This document shows, piece by piece, positions 18,760-27,138 of a stretch of 64,000 nucleotides of DNA. The stretch is from assembly GCA_021791495.1 (NCBI GenBank), contig JAJYWN010000011.1, positions 1,015 to 65,014 of the forward strand, read 5' to 3'. The position numbers were made by a program, and so were the translations under genes. The notes under the pieces are model-generated. The model saw only the letters and a list, made by a program, of their open reading frames with translations, did not search any database and was not told where the DNA came from. This DNA is from Bacillota bacterium (GTDB lineage Bacteria; Bacillota; Sulfobacillia; JAJYWN01). Every line of letters starts with the position of its first letter. Position 1 is the stretch's first letter.

Positions 18760-20151
18760 CTAGAGATGGGTATGCGGCAGGCGCCTGGCCGCCACGGCCC
18801 GCCGGACCACGCGCGGCAGGTCGGCCAGGCCGGCGACATAGAGGCCCTTCGCGCGCAGACGGACGAAAAGCTCCGTGGCCAGACCACCGGTGTAGTCGCG
18901 GACGTCCAGAGGCGAGTTGCCCACGGCGATCACGGGGCGTCCCGATTCCAGGACATCTTGAAGGTTAGCCAGGTTTCCAGGGCCGAAGGGGACGTCGGCC
19001 AAGACGATCGCCGTGGCTGCCGCCATCAGCCGGCGGTTGGCGGCTGAGGCATCCGGGGATACCGGCGAGAAGGGCGGCACCTCGGCTATCTCCAGCCCCA
19101 GGGCGCGGGCTTTCTCCCAGTCCGTGTCAGAAACGTTCAGGACTCCCGTGCTTACCCGCGCGCCTTCCAGGAGGAGCAGGTCGTAGATGGACTGACCGCT
19201 GCCGCCGCCGGCTACGACATGCACACGGAGACCGCCTAACCCGGGGGAACCGTGGGTCACGCCCCCAAGGGTCACGGCGTCTCCTCCACCCTCGTCCGTC
19301 TCAGGGGGGCCGGCAACCACTTCCTCCCACCGCCGTTGCCGCGAGGTATCCGGTAATAATGTGAGCCGGGGGTAGTCGCCCCCCGGACTACGGTCCACCG
19401 CCACCTTGGCGCCGTAGACGGACCTGATGTTAGCGGGGGTCAAGACCTCGCCGGGGCTGCCCATGGCGTAGATCCGCCCTTCTTTCAGGAGGACCAGGAT
19501 GTCGCAGTAGGCCGCGGCCAGGTTTAGGTCGTGGAGGACGGCGATGACCGTCAGGTGGTGCCGCCGGTTCAGGTAACGCACCAGGTCGAGGACTTCCAGC
19601 TGGTGGTTGATATCCAGGTGGGAGGTGGGCTCGTCCAACATCAGTAGCTTCGGTTCCTGGGTCAGGGCCCGCGCCAGGACAGCGCGCTGCCTCTCGCCGC
19701 CCGACAGCTCGGGAAGAGGACGTTCGGCCAACGCCGCCACCTGCGCTTGCTCCATGGCCCGCTCCACGGCCTGGCGGTCGCGGGCGCTTTCCCGGGCCAT
19801 CCGGCCCATGTGTGGATAGCGGCCCATGGCCACGAACTCGCGGACGGTGAATGGAAAACCTACCGCCAGATCCTGCTCCATGACGGCCAATCGCCGGCTG
19901 AGTTCCAGGGGCCGTAGCCCGGCGATGTCCTCACCGTCGAGGCGGACCGTACCACCGTCCCAAGGGCGGACCACCCCCGACAGGACCCGCAGGAGCGTCG
20001 ACTTGCCGGAGGCGTTGGGCCCGATGAGCCCCAGAAACTCACCTTTCAAGGCCGATAGGCTGACATCGTGCAGCACCGCCCGACCCCCGCCATACCCGAA
20101 GGTGACGGAATCGGCCTCCAAGTGAATGGAACTAGCTCTCTCTCCTCTCAT
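18760..20151 (-). CDS. btuD: Cobalamin/iron-chelate ABC transporter ATP-binding protein (BtuD-like) with C-terminal extension
   Basis: GPNASGKST, LSGGERQR, LMLDEPTSHLD and HDLN motifs; extra C-terminal domain starting RVHVVAGGGSG; ATG overlaps the permease stop. Confidence 0.85.
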   Translation of the reverse strand: MRGERASSIHLEADSVTFGYGGGRAVLHDVSLSALKGEFLGLIGPNASGKSTLLRVLSGVVRPWDGGTVRLDGEDIAGLRPLELSRRLAVMEQDLAVGFPFTVREFVAMGRYPHMGRMARESARDRQAVERAMEQAQVAALAERPLPELSGGERQRAVLARALTQEPKLLMLDEPTSHLDINHQLEVLDLVRYLNRRHHLTVIAVLHDLNLAAAYCDILVLLKEGRIYAMGSPGEVLTPANIRSVYGAKVAVDRSPGGDYPRLTLLPDTSRQRRWEEVVAGPPETDEGGGDAVTLGGVTHGSPGLGGLRVHVVAGGGSGQSIYDLLLLEGARVSTGVLNVSDTDWEKARALGLEIAEVPPFSPVSPDASAANRRLMAAATAIVLADVPFGPGNLANLQDVLESGRPVIAVGNSPLDVRDYTGGLATELFVRLRAKGLYVAGLADLPRVVRRAVAARRLPHTHL

Positions 20152-21260
20152 ACCCTTGACCGCCTGAGAAGATATAGGAAGAACGGCCCGCCCACGAGGG
20201 CGGTAATGATACCTACCGGGATCTCGGTCGGGGGCAGGATGCACCGGGCCAAAGTGTCGGCGCCCGTAAGCAAGACCGCTCCCCCCAGGGCCGCCGACGG
20301 CAACAGGGACCGGTGATCGGGCCCCAGGGCCGCGCGGACCATGTGCGGGACGACCAGTCCGACGAAGCCGATGATGCCCACCATGGACACCGAGGCGGCC
20401 GTCAAGAGGGAGGCGGTGACCAACACCACCCGCCGCAGTCTTTCGGGGTCGGCCCCCAGGTGCTGTGCGGGTTCATCACCGAGGAGGATGAGGTTCAGGT
20501 CCCGAGCGTAGAAAAGCAGGACGGCGGCACCGGCCAGGACGTAAGGAGCCACCGCGGCCACGTGCGGCCACCCGCGTCCGGCCAGGCTCCCCATGATCCA
20601 GAAGACGATTTCCTTGAGGTCCTGGGAGAAGAAGACTTGCAGTCCGGCCACGATGGCCGCTAGGAAGGAACTGACGGCGACGCCGGCCAAGAGCAGGTTC
20701 GTGACTGGCACCCTGCCGCGGACCCGGGCCAGGTTGAATACCAGGAAAACGGAGCCGATGGCTCCGGCGAAAGCCAGGAGCGGCACGGCTCCGAACCCCA
20801 GGAAGGCGTCCGGCAGGCGGAAGACGATGGCGATGGCGGCCCCCAGGGCCGCTCCGGCCGAGACACCGATAATGTACGGGTCGGCCATGGGGTTGGCGAA
20901 AAGCCCCTGGAAAGCGGTGCCGGCCAAAGCTAAGCCTGCCCCCACCAGCACTCCCAACAGGGCGCGCGGCAGCCGCATGTCCAGGATGATGGTGGCGTCC
21001 ACGTCGGTCCAGTGCGCCGCGGGGAAAAGCCTGCTAACGGTGGCCGCCGGCACACCGATGCCGCGGAGCAGGACTCCGGCTACCGCCGGCAGAGGAATGG
21101 ATACTGCCCCTACCGTCAGAGAAACCACAACTACCAGGGCCAGCAGGCCCCCCAAGATCCAGGGGGCCCGCTTCCTGGCGATCTGACGGCGCCGGGCCGA
21201 GGGGCCGGCGTCGCCGCTGCTACCGGTGGTTATCCCGCCGGTTGCGACTCTGGCCGACAC
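20148..21260 (-). CDS. btuC: Cobalamin/iron-chelate ABC transporter permease (FecCD/BtuC family)
   Basis: RLPRALL, FANPMADPYIIGVSAGA, IGFVGLVVPH, EIPVG. Confidence 0.9.
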   Translation of the reverse strand: MSARVATGGITTGSSGDAGPSARRRQIARKRAPWILGGLLALVVVVSLTVGAVSIPLPAVAGVLLRGIGVPAATVSRLFPAAHWTDVDATIILDMRLPRALLGVLVGAGLALAGTAFQGLFANPMADPYIIGVSAGAALGAAIAIVFRLPDAFLGFGAVPLLAFAGAIGSVFLVFNLARVRGRVPVTNLLLAGVAVSSFLAAIVAGLQVFFSQDLKEIVFWIMGSLAGRGWPHVAAVAPYVLAGAAVLLFYARDLNLILLGDEPAQHLGADPERLRRVVLVTASLLTAASVSMVGIIGFVGLVVPHMVRAALGPDHRSLLPSAALGGAVLLTGADTLARCILPPTEIPVGIITALVGGPFFLYLLRRSRV

Positions 21261-21261
21261 T

Positions 21262-22227
21262 TTACTTGAACTGGTCAGGGTACAGGACTTTGGCCGCTGC
21301 TTCCAAGCCGTCCATAAGGCGCGGACCCGGCCGGGAAACAAGGTCGGGGTTCACCGTGTACACCTTGTTGTTCTTGACCGCCGTGAGCTTGGACCAACCG
21401 TTCAGCTTCTTGACCTTATCCATCGTGTCGGGGGAACTGGAACCGATGACGATGACGTCCGGGTCGTCTTTCAGAAGCGACTCCATACTGTACTGGGAGT
21501 AGGCCTGATTGGTCTTGGTCGCCACGTTGGTTGCTCCCAGCTTCACCAGGATGTCGTTGATGAAGCTCCCCGGCCCCACCGTCCAGAGCTGGTCGTCCAG
21601 CATCCAAAAGACCTTGGGTCGCTTGTCGGCGGCCACCGCGGCCACTTTCGCCAGAACGGCCTTCTCTTTGGCCTGCATCACCCCCACGACTTCCTGGGCT
21701 TTGGCCGCGGTCCCGGTGATCTTCCCCACGAGATTGATCTCGTCGTAGACCGCTGCCAGGCTGGATGCTTGCAAGACGAAGGTCGGCACCTTCAGGCCAT
21801 CGAGCTTCTTTACGATCTCGCTCTGGGCTGTGCCTACCGCCAGCACCAGGTCGGGCTTGAGGCCTACGATCTTCTCGTAGTTGGGGTTGAAAGCGTCGCC
21901 CACCTTCTCTTTCTTCGTCGCTTCGGGCGGGAAGTTATCGAAATTGCTGACGCCGAAGACCTTGTCGCCCAGACCCAAGGCGAAGAGAATCTCGGTGTTA
22001 CTGGGGGCCATAGATACCAGGCGCTGCGGGCGCGTGGCCAGCTTGACTTCACGCCCCGCCTCGTCTTTCAGGGTCATCGGGAAACCGGCCTTACGGTCGG
22101 CCCGGACCTCTTTCGAGAGGAAGCAGCCAGACACCGAAACCGCGGTCAAGGAAGCCAGCAAGGCCGCCACCACGACCGCCTTCCACCTACTCGTCCGTCG
22201 AATGCTCAGTCGCACGGTTTGAAACAC
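21262..22227 (-). CDS. btuF: Cobalamin-binding lipoprotein (BtuF-like)
   Basis: Lipobox VSGC, RLVSMAPSNTEILFALG, RPGPR; lies downstream of a cobalamin riboswitch. Confidence 0.88.
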   Translation of the reverse strand: MFQTVRLSIRRTSRWKAVVVAALLASLTAVSVSGCFLSKEVRADRKAGFPMTLKDEAGREVKLATRPQRLVSMAPSNTEILFALGLGDKVFGVSNFDNFPPEATKKEKVGDAFNPNYEKIVGLKPDLVLAVGTAQSEIVKKLDGLKVPTFVLQASSLAAVYDEINLVGKITGTAAKAQEVVGVMQAKEKAVLAKVAAVAADKRPKVFWMLDDQLWTVGPGSFINDILVKLGATNVATKTNQAYSQYSMESLLKDDPDVIVIGSSSPDTMDKVKKLNGWSKLTAVKNNKVYTVNPDLVSRPGPRLMDGLEAAAKVLYPDQFK

Positions 22228-22347
22228 CTCCGGAAAATGATCGAGCCCCGGCCTGTACGGTCCGGGGCTTGCTTGCTCTGGCTGGAGCGGCCCGTTAGAA
22301 AGCCGCCCGCCGCACCCCCCTTTCCGACGAAGGTCAAGTGTGCTTCC

Positions 22348-22547
22348 CGAAACGGGCAGGTCTCCTGGCTTCCGTTCTTCCTCCCCGCGCCTTCCCGCCG
22401 GCTGGGCCGGCAGTGGCTAGAGCGGTTCGTCGCGGTTACAGTGGCGGGACCGCGCCGGCTTAGGACCGCGCTCTTCGCGCCAAACGGTCCTCACCGGACT
22501 TCCCTATTATCCCCGCCCCCTTCACTAGGGGCGGGGCACCCGTTTCC
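22348..22547 (-). ncRNA. Cobalamin (AdoCbl) riboswitch
   Basis: Minus strand reads AATAGGGAAGTCCGGTG...CCCGCCACTGTAA...GCCACTG...GGGAAGG...AGCCAGGAGACCTGCC (B12 box); directly upstream of btuFCD. Confidence 0.93.
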
Positions 22548-22588
22548 TTAGAATAACGCTATTCGGTTTTCACTATCCAGTATAGCGG

Positions 22589-23521
22589 CTATTCGCTCCT
22601 CTTCGCAAGCTGGCATTTCGCCGGGTCCAACTGGTCGCAGTCCTCGCAGGTGATGGCGCACGGTTCCAAGTGGATGACGATGGACGACCGGGGGAAGGCC
22701 TGTTTCACGTCTTGTTCGATGTGCTCGGCCACGTCGTGAGCGTCCACCAGGGACCGCGAGCGGTGGAAGACCATATGCAGGTCCACGTGGACCTCCCCTC
22801 CGGCCTTGCGCGTGCGCAGCTTATGAACCCCCACATAGCGGTCGGCGTGGTCCTTGATGATGCCTTCGATGACCTTCTCCTCGGCCTCCGGTAAGCGCGC
22901 ATCCAAGAGGGGCGCGAAGGCCTCCTCGGTGAGTTCCCAGGCGGCCCGGATGATCAGGGCGGCCACGACGATGGCGGCGATGGGGTCTAGGATGGGCAGG
23001 TGCGTGAAGTGGATCAGGGCCAAGCCCACGAAGACACCCACCGAAGTCCAGACGTCGGTGCTGAGATGGATGGCGTCGGCTTTCAGGGCCACCGAGTCGA
23101 GCCGGACCGCGGTGCGCATCAGAAAGCGCGAAACGAAGATGTTCACGATGCTAGAGGTCCCCATGACCGCCATGCCCAGCACCAGGGACTCCACATGCGC
23201 GCCGTGGATCAGCTTCCGGATGGCTTCCAGCAGGATCCAGGCGGCGGCGAAGAAGATGAGGACCGCCTCGACGACGCCGGACACGTTCTCGATTTTTCCG
23301 TGGCCATATTGGTGTCGCTCATCCGCGGGACGGGAAGCCTGCCGCAAGGAAAAGAAGGCGATGGCGGCGGCCAGGAGGTCCAAGCCGGAGTGGATGGCTT
23401 CCGAAAGGACGCTGACCGATCCCATGGTGATCCCGACCACGGTCTTCATGATGACCAGGGATATGTTAGAGATAACCGAGACTCCGGCTGCTCTGACACG
23501 AGGGTCCTCTAGGAACAACAA
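22589..23521 (-). CDS. Cation diffusion facilitator (CzcD/FieF-like) metal exporter
   Basis: SEAIHSGLD, HQYGHGKIE, DAIHLSTD, LDP and IHLEP motifs; Cys-rich tail; TTG start with AAGGAG RBS. Confidence 0.92.
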   Translation of the reverse strand: MLFLEDPRVRAAGVSVISNISLVIMKTVVGITMGSVSVLSEAIHSGLDLLAAAIAFFSLRQASRPADERHQYGHGKIENVSGVVEAVLIFFAAAWILLEAIRKLIHGAHVESLVLGMAVMGTSSIVNIFVSRFLMRTAVRLDSVALKADAIHLSTDVWTSVGVFVGLALIHFTHLPILDPIAAIVVAALIIRAAWELTEEAFAPLLDARLPEAEEKVIEGIIKDHADRYVGVHKLRTRKAGGEVHVDLHMVFHRSRSLVDAHDVAEHIEQDVKQAFPRSSIVIHLEPCAITCEDCDQLDPAKCQLAKRSE

Positions 23522-23566
23522 CCCGATCTCTCCTTGTGGGCGGCGTTTATGGGAAACCGCGGGCAA

Positions 23567-23597
23567 CAAAAATGGGACGGCACGATGTGACGTCCCA
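23567..23597 (-). terminator. Intrinsic terminator forming the expression platform of the upstream riboswitch
   Basis: TGGGACG-TCACATCGTGC-CGTCCCA followed by TTTTTGTT; overlaps the 3' end of the aptamer. Confidence 0.75.
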
Positions 23598-23666
23598 CGG
23601 GTTTCAGTTTTTCCCGCTGCCGGCAAGGCCCGGGCCGGGGTGTCAATCCGGCTCCTGACTACCGTC
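23589..23666 (-). ncRNA. NiCo (czcD-motif) riboswitch candidate
   Basis: GACG..CAGG-[GCCGG..CCGGC]-CCGGG-[CC..GG]-CAGC-[GGG..CCC]-GTGGGA-CGTC four-way-junction layout; upstream of a CDF exporter with an overlapping terminator. Confidence 0.72.
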
Positions 23667-23689
23667 TTATTCGGTGTTTGTTCTCTATC

Positions 23690-23893
23690 CTAGCTGGAGG
23701 CGACGGCGGAGTTCAAGTCCTTTATCAGTCTCTCCACGTCCACCTGATGGGCCAGTGCCGCTTCCTCGACGGTCTCATCAACGGAGATGTGGCAACCAAA
23801 ACAGTGCATTCCGTGACGGAGGAAAACTTGGATGGTCTTCGGGCTAACTCTGAGCACTTCGGCGATGGTCTGGTCCTTCTTGATTTCGGCCAC
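23690..23893 (-). CDS. DUF1858 domain protein
   Basis: GMHCFGC..ETVEEAALAH motif. Confidence 0.88.
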   Translation of the reverse strand: MAEIKKDQTIAEVLRVSPKTIQVFLRHGMHCFGCHISVDETVEEAALAHQVDVERLIKDLNSAVASS

Positions 23894-23925
23894 TGTCGTT
23901 CGCCCCCTTTCCCCGATATTATAGA

Positions 23926-24798
23926 CTATTTCCCCCGCCCCATCAACGGCGAGGAACGGCGCCGCGGCCGCGGGGAAGCAGGGGCGGCACGGGACGCCCG
24001 GCCACTTCTCGCGGTGGCACCGGGCACAGCCCGAGGGACAGCCCGAGGGACAGCCGCTCCACCCCTAGGTCCGCCGCCGGTCGCCCACCGCCTTAACGCA
24101 TCGGCTTCCTCCTGCCGCAGGTAGCGCCACTGCCCGGGAGTAAGGCCTCCCAGAGCCAGGTTGCCGATGCGTGTCCGGACCAGGTTTCGTACCTCGTGCC
24201 CCACCGCCTCCATCATCCGGCGGACCTGCCGGTTCCGACCTTCATGGATGACGATTTCAAGGAGAGCGTCACCGCCCACCTGGCCCACTGTGCGCACCCG
24301 GGCCGGTGCCGTCAGGCCGTCCTCCAGCGTCACGCCGCTGGAAAGGGTGCGGAGAGCCTGCGGGCCGGGAGTGCCGGACACGTGACAGAGGTAGTACTTG
24401 GGGATCTCGTGCCTGGGATGCATCATCGTGTGGGCGAAATCCCCGTCGTTCGTCAGGAGAATCAGACCGCTGGTGAGGAAGTCCAGACGTCCCACAGGGT
24501 AGACCCGTTCCTTGACTCCTGTGACCAAGTCCATCACTGTGGGGCGTCCCTGGGGGTCGCTGACCGTGGTGACGTATCCCGCAGGTTTATGAAGGGCGAC
24601 GTAAAGGCGTTCCCCGATGTGGGTCAGGGGCCGCCCGTCCACTTCAATGTGGTCTTTGTCCGGATCCGCTTTGGTGCCCAGTTCCGTTACGACCGCACCG
24701 TTAACCTTGATCCGCCCCGCCAAGAGCATTAGCTCAGCCTTGCGGCGGGAAGCCACGCCGTGTGCGGATAGGATTTTCTGCAACCGGTCCTTAGCCAA
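23926..24798 (-). CDS. rluB: 23S rRNA pseudouridine synthase (RluB/RsuA family)
   Basis: RLQKIL...SRRKAE S4 domain, PVGRLD catalytic Asp, EGRNRQVRRM. Confidence 0.92.
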   Translation of the reverse strand: MAKDRLQKILSAHGVASRRKAELMLLAGRIKVNGAVVTELGTKADPDKDHIEVDGRPLTHIGERLYVALHKPAGYVTTVSDPQGRPTVMDLVTGVKERVYPVGRLDFLTSGLILLTNDGDFAHTMMHPRHEIPKYYLCHVSGTPGPQALRTLSSGVTLEDGLTAPARVRTVGQVGGDALLEIVIHEGRNRQVRRMMEAVGHEVRNLVRTRIGNLALGGLTPGQWRYLRQEEADALRRWATGGGPRGGAAVPRAVPRAVPGATARSGRASRAAPASPRPRRRSSPLMGRGK

Positions 24799-24945
24799 AG
24801 AAAAGTGCCCCCTTTTCGCCGCCACCAAAGCTTCGCGGTGCCGCCACGCTTTCCTGTGTAGTGTGGCATCAAAGGAGGTTTGGCTCACGTGCTTGAGAGC
24901 CAAGGGTGAAAAAGAAATAACGATAGGAGGGAGACGAGGAAATGA

Positions 24946-25971
24946 TCAACCGCCCCGGAACTCGCCCCGCATGCGGCGCCAGTCGTCCGCGCCCAGGTCG
25001 GCCTTGCAGGTGCGTATCGGCTCGCCGTCGGAGGTGAACAGGAGACAGCTCCCGCACACACCTTCGCCGCAGCACAGGGCGCGGTTGTTGGTGAAAACCA
25101 TCGGCGCGCGGAGGCCGACACGCTCCATGGTCTGGCCTACCCGGTGGTGGAGCCAGTCGGCCCCGCACGACACGACCAGTCCCGGAGCGGTCTCGCGTAT
25201 CAGGTTCTCGATGTTCAGTCCCCGGTCCGCGGCGTCTCCGGGAAGCGGCGGGTCCAACCTTCCCACCAGCACCCGGGCTCCCGTCGCCCTGGTCTCGGCC
25301 AGGAAGAGTGGCGCGCCGGCTCGGGCGGGGTCGATGACCATGGTGATCTCGGCCTCGGTGGGAGCGACATATCTGGCGACATTCAAGGCCGCTCCCTGCC
25401 CCGGGCCGCGCGCCAGGATGAGGACACGGGTACCGCGGGCAATGTCCAGCGAGCGGCGTCCGAAAAGGCCGTTCCAATAGGGACCGCGGACGTCGACACG
25501 GGCGGCCTCGGCAATGGAACGGGTCTTCGGCCCCAGGGCTTCGATGAGCGCGGTCAGTGCCAGGCGGTCACCCGTGATCTCTGTCTCCAACAGACTGACC
25601 GGGGCGTAAAAGGCCTGCGGATAGCCGCTCTTCTTCAAGAAGACGAAGGTGCCTGGCGCGGACCAGCTCTCGGCGGTCAGACGGTGGGTGGCGATGGTGA
25701 TGAGGACGCTGTCCGGGGCCAGTTCGCGGCGGGCCGTCACCGTGCCGGCCCTTTCCTGGCGGCCGGGCGGCGGGTCCCCGGTGGGGCGGTCCAATTGGTA
25801 CACGCACACACCGCACCACTGGCAATCGCAGAAATCGCGCCCCTGGAACTGCGAGCAGAGGACACAGTCTCCCGTAGCCGCAAGGTAGCAGGGGCAATAG
25901 ATCGAACCGGCATCGGCGCACGGAAAGCTTTTCTGGTGTGTGATCTGCAACTGTCCCGCCTCCCCACCCAC
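24946..25971 (-). CDS. Sulfide/dihydroorotate-dehydrogenase-like FAD/NAD-binding Fe-S protein (PyrK-like)
   Basis: Cys-rich N-terminus CADAGSIYCPC...CxCxWxGxC, RGPYWNG, CCGEGVCGSC. Confidence 0.82.
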   Translation of the reverse strand: MGGEAGQLQITHQKSFPCADAGSIYCPCYLAATGDCVLCSQFQGRDFCDCQWCGVCVYQLDRPTGDPPPGRQERAGTVTARRELAPDSVLITIATHRLTAESWSAPGTFVFLKKSGYPQAFYAPVSLLETEITGDRLALTALIEALGPKTRSIAEAARVDVRGPYWNGLFGRRSLDIARGTRVLILARGPGQGAALNVARYVAPTEAEITMVIDPARAGAPLFLAETRATGARVLVGRLDPPLPGDAADRGLNIENLIRETAPGLVVSCGADWLHHRVGQTMERVGLRAPMVFTNNRALCCGEGVCGSCLLFTSDGEPIRTCKADLGADDWRRMRGEFRGG

Positions 25972-26007
25972 ACTATGATGGGGAGGGGGGTTGTGACACT
26001 CGTCCTG

Positions 26008-27129
26008 CTAGACCTGGGTCAACCGTTGGAAGAGACCGGCCGGTCCCGACCGGACGACGTCGAAGACGGGACATCCTGTCCGCCGCCCCAATTCATCGAC
26101 GAGGGAGGCATATTCAGCGTCAGCCATGTGGCCGGCTAGATAGTAACGTCCGCGGTGGTCGTACGTCGGGCGGTAGGGGCTGGTGGTGATCGCGGACAGG
26201 CGGACCGCCGACGACAGGAAAACCCTCCAGCCAGCGGCTTTTAGCCGAAGGAGCGCCGCGACGGTGTCCGGGGCGGGGCCGGCGACGGCCAGTGCCGCGG
26301 CCGAAGGGAAGACCATCTCCCCCGGGGCCATGTGACTTTCCACGAGGTATGCGGCCAGGGCGCGGAGAGCTCTGGCTCCAACGAGGGACGGGAAGACCAG
26401 ACGGAACGGCCGGCGGCGGGACACGGGCGGAGGCGCCGCCGTCAAGAAAGCCGCCAGGTCCGCCGCGGCCGTCTCGTCCGTTAGAACGGCCGGTCCCGGC
26501 AGTTCGGCCACAGGAAGCGGGGCGGCCCCTTCTCCCCATCCAACCCCACCTCTCCGTCCTCCATCCTCCGCTCCCGGCAAGTTGAAGAGGAAGGCCAGAG
26601 CCCGCGCTTCGTCCAGGATCACCTGGACGCTCTCATCACGGGCCGCTCCGGTCGAGAGGACCATCTGGTCCACGACCGACAAGGGCGCAAGGCGGTTGAC
26701 CGCGCCATCAACCAGAGCCAGGTCGGTACCCTCGGCCCGCAATGAATCGAGGACCAGCCGCAGTTCCGCCGCGACCAGCGGCCCGGCCAGGACCGTCAGG
26801 CCGGGGTGCAGGACGCGGTAGATGGCGATGGGCCCCAAAGGGGACCGGAAAGGCGTGACCGAAAGAAGCTCGAGTGTGGCCAGGACCGCGGGAGTGGCGG
26901 TCGGTGGCGCGCCGGCCTCGAAGGGGATGGCCGTCGCCACCAGCGCTCCCGCGGGCACGTACACGCGGGGTTTGGGCAACCCGGTGACGTTGTCCTTGGC
27001 TTCCCCGTCCATGCCGATGCTGGTGAGCGCCAGACGCAGCCCCGCCCGGGTCGCTTCGCCGGCGACCGCCGTCAGGGCCGTGGTCTTGCCCGTGTTCTTG
27101 GCCGTTCCGGCGAAGCCGATGCTCTTCAC
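26008..27129 (-). CDS. KamB-like P-loop protein, putative reactivase/accessory factor of a B12 enzyme
   Basis: N-terminal GTAKNTGKTT, LTSIGxDGE..D..T..PKP and VDGA motifs as in lysine-5,6-aminomutase reactivase subunit KamB; follows the B12 enzyme gene by 9 bp. Confidence 0.7.
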   Translation of the reverse strand: MKSIGFAGTAKNTGKTTALTAVAGEATRAGLRLALTSIGMDGEAKDNVTGLPKPRVYVPAGALVATAIPFEAGAPPTATPAVLATLELLSVTPFRSPLGPIAIYRVLHPGLTVLAGPLVAAELRLVLDSLRAEGTDLALVDGAVNRLAPLSVVDQMVLSTGAARDESVQVILDEARALAFLFNLPGAEDGGRRGGVGWGEGAAPLPVAELPGPAVLTDETAAADLAAFLTAAPPPVSRRRPFRLVFPSLVGARALRALAAYLVESHMAPGEMVFPSAAALAVAGPAPDTVAALLRLKAAGWRVFLSSAVRLSAITTSPYRPTYDHRGRYYLAGHMADAEYASLVDELGRRTGCPVFDVVRSGPAGLFQRLTQV

Positions 27130-27138
27130 AGCCGTCTC

